In this document: piece by piece, positions 35,582-45,432 of the stretch
Layout: each line of letters begins with the position of its first letter
Numbering within the stretch: the first letter of the stretch is position 1
IMG/VR virus record: IMGVR_UViG_3300037760_000114
Coordinates: 1 to 64,000 of that record
Direction: 5' to 3' (one strand)
Origin: a virus
Length of the DNA stretch: 64,000 bases
Notes under the pieces: model-generated
What the model was told of the DNA's origin: nothing
Database searches by the model: none
The model's input: only the letters and a program-made list of their open reading frames with translations
Translations under genes and position numbers: made by a program

Positions 35582-36156
35582 CGGTAGCCGTACTCCTGCG
35601 CCATCGAGATCAGGCCGGGGATGTGTTCCACCTGCTGCCACGTCAACTCCGGCCCGGCCGCCGGACGGCTACCCACCGGCGGTGGCAGAGCCACAGGCTG
35701 ACCCACCCGGCCAGTGACGGTCACCAACCGGGACACCGTGTCCGGGGTGATGTCCTCCAGCCGCAGCAGCTCAGCAGCACCCGCGACGAGCCGGTTCCAC
35801 GCCACCCAGTGCAGCGCCGCCCGCTCCAGCTCCGTGCGGCCCTCGCGGACCTCCGGCACCTGCCGGTACATCCACGCCGCCAGCTTCGGATAGGTGGGAC
35901 GGTCCGCGAACAACCCACCGGACATCCGGGAGCGGATGACCGCCAACGGATGCCTGACCAGATGCACCACGTACGCGTCGGGAACCGGCGTGTACGGCGC
36001 GGCCGGCCAGGATGCTTCCGCCAGCCAGTTCCCGTCACCGTGGCGGCGACGGGTCCAATGCCGCTCGTGCGTGCACGGCAACCCTGCCTGTGTGAGCGCG
36101 GCGGCGATCCACTGCGTACCGCAGCGCCCAGTACCGGTGACCAGCAGCAGCCTCAC
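35578..36156 (-). CDS. Sulfotransferase-fold protein
   Basis: LLVTGTGRCGTQWIA (PAPS-binding loop), HE, HLVRHPLAVIRS. Confidence 0.75.
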   Translation of the reverse strand: MRLLLVTGTGRCGTQWIAAALTQAGLPCTHERHWTRRRHGDGNWLAEASWPAAPYTPVPDAYVVHLVRHPLAVIRSRMSGGLFADRPTYPKLAAWMYRQVPEVREGRTELERAALHWVAWNRLVAGAAELLRLEDITPDTVSRLVTVTGRVGQPVALPPPVGSRPAAGPELTWQQVEHIPGLISMAQEYGYR

Positions 36157-36794
36157 AGGGTCCGCCGCACGATGAGCACGCCCCGCCGCTGTGGTCGCCG
36201 CTGCCACCGGATCAGCTGGCCGGGCCAGTCCCAGCCGGCGGCGTCTAGGACCCGCCGGGCGCCCTCGACCACGCCGTAGGTGGGCCGGGCGGCGTCGTGC
36301 AGCACCACCACCGCGCTTGGCGACAGATGCGGCAGCCACGCCCGCAGATCCGCCTCCACCTCGGCGGAGCCGTGGCCGGCGTCGTGCCACAGCAGCCCAA
36401 CCGGCGGCCCCGCCCACTGCTGCGCTGCCGAGGTGGCCAACTCACGCCGTACGGTCAGCACCGCGTCAGTGGCGCCGATCGCAGCCATGTGCGCCTGGAA
36501 TTCGGCCTCGGCACCCGCAGCGGCGCGGACCCGACCCGTGTAGGCACCACTGCGGGTGCCCCACGGATCCACCGTGGTGACGTGCGCCCCGTGGCCGTCC
36601 TGAGCACCCAGCAGCAGCCAACCAGTAGACCGCCCTTGATAGGCGCCCAACTCCACGACTGCTTGATCGGCTGGAACTTCGGCCGCCAGCCGTCGAAGCA
36701 GTTGGCACGCCCCGAGTTCCACCTTGCCGGGGGCACGGTGACCCGGACGCCAGTCAGTGACGACCGACTCCCGGATCACCGCGCCCTCAACCAC
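36153..36794 (-). CDS. Class I SAM-dependent methyltransferase (Methyltransf_24-like)
   Basis: VVELGAYQGRST, TVDPW, LLWHDAGH, VVLHD. Confidence 0.9.
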   Translation of the reverse strand: MVEGAVIRESVVTDWRPGHRAPGKVELGACQLLRRLAAEVPADQAVVELGAYQGRSTGWLLLGAQDGHGAHVTTVDPWGTRSGAYTGRVRAAAGAEAEFQAHMAAIGATDAVLTVRRELATSAAQQWAGPPVGLLWHDAGHGSAEVEADLRAWLPHLSPSAVVVLHDAARPTYGVVEGARRVLDAAGWDWPGQLIRWQRRPQRRGVLIVRRTL

Positions 36795-36796
36795 GG

Positions 36797-37786
36797 TCAG
36801 GACTCCTCGCCGTCAGCCAGGCCGGTGATCTTCCCGTGGGTCTTCTCGTTGCCGTACTTCAGCCCGATCTCGCCGTAGATCTGCCGGGTGTCGGAAGCGC
36901 CCACCTTCGCCAGCGGCTCCTCGAACAGGAACCCCTTGCCGGGGATCTCCAGGAACACCGGTGCGCACTGCTCCAGGCTGACCACCTGAAGCGCATCGGT
37001 CGGCATGTGCCGGTTCAACATGACGTTCAGGTCACCGAAGTCGGTGCTGATGGTCATGACCCGAACCCCGGCCACGGTACGGGACTGCTCCTGGTAGTTC
37101 TTGTCCGTGATGAAAATCTTCGTCAGGGCACGCTTCTGGTGCCCGTTGACCATCACCGCGGCGGTGTCGGCCATGGAGATGCCGCCGTTTTCCCACACGG
37201 ACTGGAGCAGGTCCAGCACCATGGCTTCGGTGAGTGCCCCACCCCCAGCGGCGACCACATTGGTGACGGTCGCCTCCAGGATGCCGCGGGTGCGGCGCGG
37301 CTCACCGTTGGTGGACGGGTTGTTGTGGGTGCCGGAGATGAAGCTGCGCTCCACGTCGCGGGCGATCTGCACCAGGTGCTGCTGCAGCTGCCACGCCGTC
37401 TCATCCCCAACCGGGTTCACACCCGAGATCCCGACCGATCCCGGGTGGTTGGAGCCGGTGGAGTTGTACTGGCCGGTCGCGGCCTGCTTGGTGTAGGAGA
37501 TCTCCACGAACTCCTGGTGGATCTCCACCACGTTCGCCACGTTGAACCGGACCCGCGCCTCCTTGTCGCCGCTCTGCGCCGCATAGCCCTCGACCCGCTG
37601 CCGGGTCGCGGAGGCGTCACGCAGGTCGAAACCCTGCCACTGGAACAGCGTCGAATCGGTCCGCTCCCCGCCAGTCAGGCCACCGATCGCCGAAAGGAAC
37701 GGCGTGTCGGTCGGGGTGACTGCAAACAGAGCCCCCACAAAGTTCGGAAGGTTGAAAGTGGTTCCCTGCCCGGTAATACCCGCCAT
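36797..37786 (-). CDS. Major capsid protein (SU10/DUF5309 type)
   Basis: GQGTTFNLPNFVGALF, TPFLSAIGGL, NVVEIHQE, QIYGEIGLKYGNE..HGKI. Confidence 0.9.
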   Translation of the reverse strand: MAGITGQGTTFNLPNFVGALFAVTPTDTPFLSAIGGLTGGERTDSTLFQWQGFDLRDASATRQRVEGYAAQSGDKEARVRFNVANVVEIHQEFVEISYTKQAATGQYNSTGSNHPGSVGISGVNPVGDETAWQLQQHLVQIARDVERSFISGTHNNPSTNGEPRRTRGILEATVTNVVAAGGGALTEAMVLDLLQSVWENGGISMADTAAVMVNGHQKRALTKIFITDKNYQEQSRTVAGVRVMTISTDFGDLNVMLNRHMPTDALQVVSLEQCAPVFLEIPGKGFLFEEPLAKVGASDTRQIYGEIGLKYGNEKTHGKITGLADGEES

Positions 37787-37838
37787 GGGGTTCTACCTCC
37801 TCATCTGTCGGGCACAGCCGGGCCGGCCTGCCCTCGGT

Positions 37839-38657
37839 TTACTTGGGTTGCGCCTGGGCGGCGCGTTGCCGCTCTAGCGCGATGTGCGTCTTGATGTCGC
37901 CCTTGGCCAGGGCTTCCTGGATCTGGGCGTTGATGTCGACGGGGCCGCGTGCCCCCTGCGACGGGTCCGGCTTCGGTACTTGCGATGCGGGTGGGGCAGG
38001 CTGCCCGTTAGGCGCCGGCTCAGCCGGTTCAGGGGCAACCGCAGGCGCCTTGGGGAACAGCGCCAGCAACGCCTCGGCGTCGGCCGCCAGATCCTCGCGG
38101 GTCTTGCCGACCAGCCGTGCCGCCTGCTCCCGGGTAAGGCCCTTCTCTGCCGCGACTTCGGCCCGGAACCGTTCCATGCGTTCGGTTTCGGCGGTCAGCC
38201 GCAGCTGAGCCATCTCTTCCTGGAGCCGTTCGGTGTCGGACTTCTCCTCTTCGGGGACAGCGGCCTTGCGGATCTGGGCGAAGATCTCCGCCGCTGGCTG
38301 CAACGCCTCCAGCTGCTTCTTGAGATCCGCCATCTGCTGCTCGGTTTCCTTGCGGCGTTCCCGTTCGGCCGCGAGTGCCTTCTTGCCGCCCTCGCCGAGG
38401 GGTTCGTCAGCTAGCTTCGGCTCAGGCTCCGGCTGGCCCGTCGCGGGCTGGCCGGATGGCACGAACCCGGGCGGGGTTGGCGGAGCTGGAGCGGGCGGTG
38501 GGGTTGGCGTCGGCTCCGGTGTGGGTGCCGGCTGGTTGGTGGGTTCAGGTTGCGGTGTGGTGCCGTCGCCTCCCATGACCGGCCAGATCGGTCGGCCGTC
38601 GCGGCGCAACCCGATCGCGTGCATTCTGGTTCGTGGATGGACAGGGAGCCGGGTCAT
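37839..38657 (-). CDS. Capsid scaffolding protein
   Basis: GLRRDGRPIWPVMGG, LGEGGKKALAAER, RLVGKTREDLAADA, KPDPSQG. Confidence 0.85.
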   Translation of the reverse strand: MTRLPVHPRTRMHAIGLRRDGRPIWPVMGGDGTTPQPEPTNQPAPTPEPTPTPPPAPAPPTPPGFVPSGQPATGQPEPEPKLADEPLGEGGKKALAAERERRKETEQQMADLKKQLEALQPAAEIFAQIRKAAVPEEEKSDTERLQEEMAQLRLTAETERMERFRAEVAAEKGLTREQAARLVGKTREDLAADAEALLALFPKAPAVAPEPAEPAPNGQPAPPASQVPKPDPSQGARGPVDINAQIQEALAKGDIKTHIALERQRAAQAQPK

Positions 38658-38763
38658 CGCGACCCTCCCTTGAAGGTTGCGCAGGGCGGCGTCGCGCCAC
38701 CTGCTTGGTTGGTGTTTGACGGGCTGGGCATCGCGCCCAAGCGATCCCCGTAACCGGGGGAGT

Positions 38764-39792
38764 TCAGGTGATGTAGCCGAAGCGGCGCAGCAGACGGATA
38801 GCGGCGTCGCGTCCGGTGGCGTCGGCCAGGATCTGCTCAGGCATCAAACGGGGGATGTTGACCCGCTGCCGGATCACCTGCCGCTCAACGGGACCGCTGC
38901 GGGAGGTCCGGGTAACCGTTTCCGCCTGGATACCCTGCAAGCGGGCACCCTCGGCGATGAGCCGGCTGCCGGCCACTCCCCGGCGGGTGATGCCCTCCAA
39001 GGTGTGCTGAATCTCCCGCCCGAAAACGACCGAGGACTGCATGCCGCGACGGGCGTTGACGACTTGGCTCATGTCGGCGCCGAGGCGGATCGCCTCCGCA
39101 CCGCTGGTGGTGAAGATCCGGTCCTGCTCCTCCGGGGACAGGGAGTCGAAGTAGGCACGCGGGTCCGTAAACAGGTCCCCGGCGCGGTCCTCAGCGGAGG
39201 GAATCCCCACACAGTTGCAGGACGGGTGGCGAAGAAACCCGGCGTCCCACCGGTACCAGCGGCCAGCCAGGATCGCACACCGGGCGCAGGCGCCAGGGCT
39301 GACCATCCGCACATACCCCTGCGCGGCCGGTCGTACGGCTGTCGCCAACTCGTCGGCTACCCGGCCCGCGTCGGCTATCTGCGTCCGGACGATCATGTCC
39401 AGGGTCGCGTAGCCGCCGGCGAGCGCCCGAGCCTCCTGCATACCGGCGCCCAGGGCCGCCAGCGTGGTGAACATGGGCTGCATCAGCAGCGTGTCCAGCG
39501 GCCGGCCGTCGGAGGCGATCCCGGCCAGGGCGCGGGCGTTGACCGCACCCACCGCAGTCGGGTCCAGTCCCTGTTCGGCCAGCACCCGGTCGAGGTAGAG
39601 GGCGGACGAGGCGGCGGACAACAGCTGCGCCCCCGCCACCGCCAGCAGCATCCGGGGTAGTTGCGCCAGCCACGTCGCGTTGACCGCGGCCGGGTTGACC
39701 CGCTGCCACGCCCGCCGCGCCTCCTGACGCACGTTCCCGATGACCCGGTCGCGGGTGGCCGCATGCCGCCGGGCCACAGCCAGCGCCGGCAT
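38764..39792 (-). CDS. MuF-like minor head/maturation protein
   Basis: GIASDGRPL, GYVRMVSPGACARCAILAG, FLRHPSCNC, RLMPEQI. Confidence 0.8.
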   Translation of the reverse strand: MPALAVARRHAATRDRVIGNVRQEARRAWQRVNPAAVNATWLAQLPRMLLAVAGAQLLSAASSALYLDRVLAEQGLDPTAVGAVNARALAGIASDGRPLDTLLMQPMFTTLAALGAGMQEARALAGGYATLDMIVRTQIADAGRVADELATAVRPAAQGYVRMVSPGACARCAILAGRWYRWDAGFLRHPSCNCVGIPSAEDRAGDLFTDPRAYFDSLSPEEQDRIFTTSGAEAIRLGADMSQVVNARRGMQSSVVFGREIQHTLEGITRRGVAGSRLIAEGARLQGIQAETVTRTSRSGPVERQVIRQRVNIPRLMPEQILADATGRDAAIRLLRRFGYIT

Positions 39793-39795
39793 GCT

Positions 39796-41265
39796 CTACC
39801 CGACCGGGACAGGCACAGGCTCGGGCTCCTCCGCCAGTGCGCCGACATCCGCTAGGTCCGGCGCCCGGCCGCCCGCAGCAAGTTTGCGGGCGATCTCAGC
39901 CAACGGATCGTCCAGCGCCGACTGCTGATCCTCGGCCTCCATCCGGCCGATCTGCACATCGGTGTAGCCCAGATCCTCCCGGGCCTGACGCAAGGTGATG
40001 ATCGGACGCGGCGTGGTGGAGAACAGCTTCACGGTGGCGTCGGCCTTCTGCGCCACCGTCGGGGTGGAGGCGTCGCGCCAGCTGACCTCCAGCCGCTTCA
40101 GCCGCACGTCCCACTCGCCGGTCTGGAAGCGGCGCACCAGCCGCATCGTGCGTTCCCACGATCCGCCGAAGTTGCGCTGCTTGCGTTCGGCCCGCTTCAC
40201 CAGTCTGGATTCGGCCGACCGGATCGCGTCCGCGCTGGCCGGGTTGTCGGTGGTGAAGCCCAGATAGTGCGGCGGCAAGCCGGCGACCGCGGCGGTCACC
40301 CGCGCCAAGGTGTTGATCGACTCGTGGAAGTTGCTCAACGACGCGGCCGGGAACTGGAACTCCTTGCCGTCCTTGTTCTTTAGTGTGAACAGCCGGCCCA
40401 TGATGGCCTGCAACGCGGTGAGCTTGTTACCCATCTCGTCTTCGAGATCACCCGGTCCGATACCGAAGAAGCCGCGCAGCGGCAGAGCCTGAAACTCGGC
40501 CCCCAGCATCATGTCCGTGGCGAGCTTGTTCGCCGCATCCGACAGGGGGATGATCGGCGCCAGCTCGCTGGTGCCGTACCGCGGCTGCGTCACCCCGTGG
40601 GCGACACGCTGACCCGCGCGCAGCCGGGGCCGATTCAGCAGCGGTACTACCGGCACCTCGCCGAGGCCATGCTCATCTCGGTCGACCTCTTTCCAGCCGC
40701 CCTGCCACTCGTAGTAGCTGGTGCGGTCGGGCAGGTACAGGGTGGCGTACCGGTGCGTCATGGTCGTGAACGACTCGACCTCGGCGACCCGCCGCAGCGC
40801 CGCCCGCACCCGCCGGGTCCGCGGGTCGATCTCGGCGAAAATCTCCAGCGGAGACTCCACGGTCACCCGCGGCGTGGCAGCGTCGTCCTCGTTGGTACCG
40901 ACACAGACCGCAGCCCGACCCATCGTCAGCGTGTCGACATGCCCCTGCTCGCTCTGCTCGTCGAGGTCGTTGTCCTGCCACACCCGCCACAGGTCCTTGT
41001 CGCCCTCGACCTCATCCGGCAGCCGGAAACCCTCCACGTCGAGGCGTTCCTCCACCGTGTCGACCACCAGCTGCGGCCAGCCGATGATCACCGGTGCGAT
41101 GCGGTCGCCCACCTCCCGCAGAATCTCGGGATGCATGTACGTGAGCGGCTGCTGACCCTCGTAGTACCGGTCATAGGCTTCCAGCCGGGGAATCTCGGCG
41201 TCGTGCATGCGGGCCAGCCGGTTCACCCAGCCGGCGTCGGTGTCAGGAAGCGTCGGCACAGCCAC
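39796..41265 (-). CDS. Portal protein (SPP1 gp6-like)
   Basis: YYEGQQPL, VEERLDVEGF, HGLGEVPVV, NPASADAI. Confidence 0.92.
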   Translation of the reverse strand: MAVPTLPDTDAGWVNRLARMHDAEIPRLEAYDRYYEGQQPLTYMHPEILREVGDRIAPVIIGWPQLVVDTVEERLDVEGFRLPDEVEGDKDLWRVWQDNDLDEQSEQGHVDTLTMGRAAVCVGTNEDDAATPRVTVESPLEIFAEIDPRTRRVRAALRRVAEVESFTTMTHRYATLYLPDRTSYYEWQGGWKEVDRDEHGLGEVPVVPLLNRPRLRAGQRVAHGVTQPRYGTSELAPIIPLSDAANKLATDMMLGAEFQALPLRGFFGIGPGDLEDEMGNKLTALQAIMGRLFTLKNKDGKEFQFPAASLSNFHESINTLARVTAAVAGLPPHYLGFTTDNPASADAIRSAESRLVKRAERKQRNFGGSWERTMRLVRRFQTGEWDVRLKRLEVSWRDASTPTVAQKADATVKLFSTTPRPIITLRQAREDLGYTDVQIGRMEAEDQQSALDDPLAEIARKLAAGGRAPDLADVGALAEEPEPVPVPVG

Positions 41266-41274
41266 CCCCCTGAC

Positions 41275-42921
41275 CTATCTGCGCATCACGACGAGTTTCT
41301 GCACGACTTCCGGCTTGGGCCACAGGTCGGCGGCGGTCACATCGCTGGCAGCCTCGTGCACGATCACCGACGCGACACAGGCGTCGATCTTCTGCGCCCG
41401 GCTCGGCTTTGCCAGCACATACCGCTTCACCGGCCCCGGGCGGGCAGAGCGGCGGGCGTGCCGCATATGCCTAGCGGTCACCGCACAGCCGTCATGCCAC
41501 AGGCCCGTATTCTGCTTCAGCACGTCGATGTGTAGACGTTCGCAGGCGGCGTGCATCTGGATCAGCCGGTAGGTTTCCCACCGCAAAACCCGCTTCTCGC
41601 CGTGCTCTGCCGCCCAGTCGTCGATCTCCGACTTCCAGTCCGGCGGGTCGACATACATCCGGGCCACCCGGTACCGGCGGAACAACTCGGCCACCGCCGC
41701 CCGGACCTCCAGCCGCGGCACCTGACCGTCGAAATCGACCGGGTTCCAGATCGTCGGCTGCCCATCCTCCAGCACCGGAGTAAACTGGAACCCGTCCTCG
41801 GTTTCGGCCCGGATCACCGTCCAGTCGTCGGTGTCCGACCCGTCCATGCCGAGGCAGATCGCCGCACCGTCGGGAACCGGCAGCGGCACCGCCAGGTCAT
41901 CCCACCGGTCCCCGTCCATGTAGGCACCGGAGCCGTACACCAACCGGTTGGCGAAAAACCGCTCCGCCTCCGCCGGGTCCCGCTCGGCGATGTCCGCCGA
42001 CTCCGCCTCGATCGAGTCCAGGTCGACATGGCCACCGTTTTCCCGCAGCACCTCGCCGTAGACAATCCGGTGGATCTGCCGCCGCTCCCGCTTGTTCTGG
42101 TAGCTCAGATGCTTCGGCGGCTGGTCGAACTGGCGGTAGATGTCCTTGGCGTTCGACTCGAACTCGCGCTGCGCGAGGCTGCTCTCCGACGGGTCGAACG
42201 CGTTCGTCGTCAGCGACGACCTGCCGCCCATGCCGGCCAGGCCACGGTACTGGGTACCGGCGACCTTGGTCATCTTGTTGGTGTCGTTCCACAGCCCGAC
42301 CTCGTCCTGCGGCACGAACGTGACCCGCTGCCCGAGCCTCGACTTCGCCGACATCGTGACCACGTCGATGCGGCCGCCGCCCGGCAGACGGATAAACTCC
42401 TCGCCCGTCTTCGGGATCAACTCCGCCAGCGGACCCAGCTCGATCATCGGACGCAACGCGTCGTAGACGTTCTGCGTGTTCTCTTCGGACAGGGCCGTGA
42501 TCTGGATAAGCGGCGTCGCCCACGGCATGCCCATCGGCTCACCGGGCTCGTACTCGTACGTCCAGCCGCAACCGCAGCCGTACACGCGGCAGTCGTAGAC
42601 CTCGCCACCGTCGGCCCAGCCAGCGAACAGGGCCGGCCCGACACCCTCCAGGCACACCTGCGCAGCGACTAGGGGACTCTTCCCTTTTTTCTGGGCGTCG
42701 ATCAGCAGACCACGCCGGTGCACGAACGCCGGCCCCAGCTGCGGGTTGGACGGCACCCACTCCGCCGTCGGCCTGACCAGGTAGAAGTTCGCCAGGTACC
42801 GCAGCTGGTACTCGTAGAGCCGGAACGGGTCGCCGCGGGCGAACCTGTCCGGGACTACACAGTGCGCCTCGATCCAGTCGAGGGCGAGCGCCAGCGTCCG
42901 CGGCTCACGACGCCGCTCCAC
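41275..42921 (-). CDS. Terminase large subunit
   Basis: QKKGKSP Walker A, QDE, CLGMDGS..DDWT, QKIDACVAS. Confidence 0.93.
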   Translation of the reverse strand: MERRREPRTLALALDWIEAHCVVPDRFARGDPFRLYEYQLRYLANFYLVRPTAEWVPSNPQLGPAFVHRRGLLIDAQKKGKSPLVAAQVCLEGVGPALFAGWADGGEVYDCRVYGCGCGWTYEYEPGEPMGMPWATPLIQITALSEENTQNVYDALRPMIELGPLAELIPKTGEEFIRLPGGGRIDVVTMSAKSRLGQRVTFVPQDEVGLWNDTNKMTKVAGTQYRGLAGMGGRSSLTTNAFDPSESSLAQREFESNAKDIYRQFDQPPKHLSYQNKRERRQIHRIVYGEVLRENGGHVDLDSIEAESADIAERDPAEAERFFANRLVYGSGAYMDGDRWDDLAVPLPVPDGAAICLGMDGSDTDDWTVIRAETEDGFQFTPVLEDGQPTIWNPVDFDGQVPRLEVRAAVAELFRRYRVARMYVDPPDWKSEIDDWAAEHGEKRVLRWETYRLIQMHAACERLHIDVLKQNTGLWHDGCAVTARHMRHARRSARPGPVKRYVLAKPSRAQKIDACVASVIVHEAASDVTAADLWPKPEVVQKLVVMRR

Positions 42922-43387
42922 CGTCGATCACTTTCCACCGCTCACGGGCCGACTGAGTCCGCTTACGCGGTGCGCCGCCCGCCGGCGGTGCCGCATGACG
43001 CTCCGGCGAAGCCACGGCCCGGTCGACCTTCCACCTGTTCGCGCGCATCCCAGGTGTCGTCAACCCGAGCGAGTCCGCCTGCTGACGCACCAGCGTCCGC
43101 AGCGCCACCGGCGCCTCGATCAGCTCCGCCAGCGCCAGGTTCCGCACATGCAGCGCCACCTCGATCTGCTGCTGGAGGCGCTGCCACACAACCGCCTGGG
43201 GCAGCCGCCACAGACGCTCCCACAGCTCGACCTCACGCTCCGACTGCCCCAGCAGAGGCCACGCGGGAGGATCGCCCTCCCTGCCCTCCGCAGGCAGTAC
43301 CGTCCACTCGCCCTCGTCCCGCTCACGCCGCAGCGCGTTCGGGTCAGGCGCCGGACCGGACCGTGCGCGAGCACCACCTTTCGGCAT
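42905..43387 (-). CDS. Terminase small subunit
   Basis: MPKGGARARSGPAPDP, LWRLPQA, LGLTTPGMRANRW. Confidence 0.88.
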   Translation of the reverse strand: MPKGGARARSGPAPDPNALRRERDEGEWTVLPAEGREGDPPAWPLLGQSEREVELWERLWRLPQAVVWQRLQQQIEVALHVRNLALAELIEAPVALRTLVRQQADSLGLTTPGMRANRWKVDRAVASPERHAAPPAGGAPRKRTQSARERWKVIDGGAAS

Positions 43388-43996
43388 GCTGCTCTACCTT
43401 CCCGCCGCATCGCGCGACGTGTCGGTGTCTCAAGTGGATAGGAGCATCGCGCTCCCATCGCCTACCCCCGGGGGGGGGGGTAGAAGCTTCTGAACCCGAC
43501 GCAGGGTTTTGGTTCCTCCCCCGCGGTCCCCTCCATGATCCACTAGGGGGGTATGTCCCCACCCTTCGATGGATTCGCCGACGGATGCAGCTGGCCTGCT
43601 GTGTGTCGGCGGTGCCTGTCCGGCCTCGGGGTGGAGCTTGGTTCAAGCGCGGCGGTGTCGAAGGTCCGCGACGTTGACAGCTGACTCGCGACCACAGTGA
43701 ACCGGCATGGGGCACGGGGCTGCGGTGGGGTTGCGCGTTACTCCCGGCTGTTGGCCGTGGCGTCCACCCGCCCCCAAGCACGGCGGCCCGGCACCCCGCA
43801 GGGTCGACGGTAGTGGGTGGGGTGGCGCTGTGCGGTGGCCCGGCCGGGCAGCGGGGAGTGGGAGGGCCGGGTCGTGGATGGCTACCGGCAGCCCAGGTAC
43901 CGGGTGCGGACTGAGGCCCCCCACGGGGGGCGCTGGTGGCCCTGCCGGTAGGGGAGGGGGTAGGGGTAGCCCACTCGGGTACACCACCCACCCCAG

Positions 43997-44383
43997 CTAG
44001 GCGTGGCGCTGGTGCCAGCCGCCCGGACTGGACACGGCGGTCCAGTGGTCATGGCACACCTTGCACAGTCCCCGGCCGTACCGGGGGTTGTTTTCGTCCA
44101 GGCCGAGGCGACGCAGTTCCCGCTTGTCGCGGGGATAGTGGTCGGCAACCGTCGACGGTGCCAGGCATTGGCCGGTGTGGCGGTGGGTGTCGGTGCGGGT
44201 CTGGTCGACGCAGGTACACATCGGTTCCCGGGTCAGGACCGGGTCGCGGAAGCGGCGCTCGTGGCGGGAGTCGTAGCCGCGCTGCCTAGCGGTGCCGCGC
44301 GCCCGTTCGCTGCGGGTGCGGCAGACGGAGCAGCGGCCAGCCTCGGCCAGGTTGGGGCAGCCCGGGGTTGAGCAGACCTTCAA
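43997..44383 (-). CDS. Terminase-associated HNH-like endonuclease
   Basis: CSTPGC, RQRGY, VLTREPMC, STVADH, RGLCKVCH. Confidence 0.85.
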   Translation of the reverse strand: MKVCSTPGCPNLAEAGRCSVCRTRSERARGTARQRGYDSRHERRFRDPVLTREPMCTCVDQTRTDTHRHTGQCLAPSTVADHYPRDKRELRRLGLDENNPRYGRGLCKVCHDHWTAVSSPGGWHQRHA

Positions 44384-44399
44384 CGCCGGCCATCACGGC

Positions 44400-45229
44400 T
44401 CATGACGGGCGCGGCTCGTGCAGCAGCTGACCGCAGGACCGGCACAGCGTGACCAGGTGAGGATCTGCGCAGGCGGTGACACCCACTGAGGTGGGGTGCT
44501 GGCAGGTGGCCGGGTTGTGGTCATGGTCGGCACGTACGCAGCGGAGTCCGCGGCCGGTTCGGGCCAGCAGGCACTCGTCGGGGGCGAGCCGTGTGGGCTT
44601 CGGCTTGCCCAGTTGCACGAGGCCGCCGGGATGCAGGCTCATCGGACGTTCCCCCGTCTCCAGCCCCGGTGGGACCGTTCGGTCAGGTTCGGGCAGTCGG
44701 GGGTGGAGCAGAGCCGTCTAGCGCGCGGCATCGGCTTCAGCGCTAGCCCTTCGGTCCTGCCGCTCTACCGACTCGCCCCTGGGCTTAGCGTCCGACCGGA
44801 TGCGTCGAAGCGCCTCGGTGTAGGGAATGCCCTGCTCCCGAGCTAGACGCTTGGCCAGGTAGTCCCTGCTCATCCCGCGCTCCAACGGTGACCTCGGGTG
44901 CCCAGCTCGGACCACCTGGAGCCGCACGCTCCGCAGTGCCACACCTCGGCACGATCTACGAGGGCGGTTGTGTTGATGGGTGTCGGGTGGTCGCAGACGT
45001 GGATAGCGGTAGCCGAGTCTGCCCGGACGGAGGCGAGGGGGCAGTCCTCGTCGCAGGTGACCTCTTCGCACACAGGGCAGCACATCTCGTCCCGCAGCTG
45101 CCCAACGGTGCTGGCCTCCAGTTGCGTGGCGAGGTCGACCAGGATGCCGTGGTCGTACGCGTCGCCCCACGAGGCCACCTTGCGCAGCGTGGCCGCCGTC
45201 GCCGAGCGAGCCGCATCCAGCGGGGTCAC
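44400..45229 (-). other. Three small hypothetical CDSs (44400-44642, 44718-44873, 44870-45229), two Cys-rich
   Basis: Coupled short ORFs; CxxC motifs. Confidence 0.5.
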
Positions 45230-45432
45230 CGCAGCTTCCGGTTCCGGCGGGCGGCTACCGCCTCGCCGAGCAGGATGCGCACCATCTGGGAGCGGGTGCG
45301 CTGTTCGGCGTTGGCCATGGCGTCGATCTCGTCCCGGCCGGCTTCGCTGAGCCGTACGGCTACTGTGACGCGGCTTGACCTTTGGCGGGTGTCTGTGCTG
45401 GTAGCCACGCCGTCGAGCGTATACGTTGTCAA
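45226..45432 (-). CDS. CopG-like RHH protein
   Basis: VTVAVRLSEAGRDEIDAMANAEQRTRSQMVRILLGEA. Confidence 0.8.
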   Translation of the reverse strand: MTTYTLDGVATSTDTRQRSSRVTVAVRLSEAGRDEIDAMANAEQRTRSQMVRILLGEAVAARRNRKLR

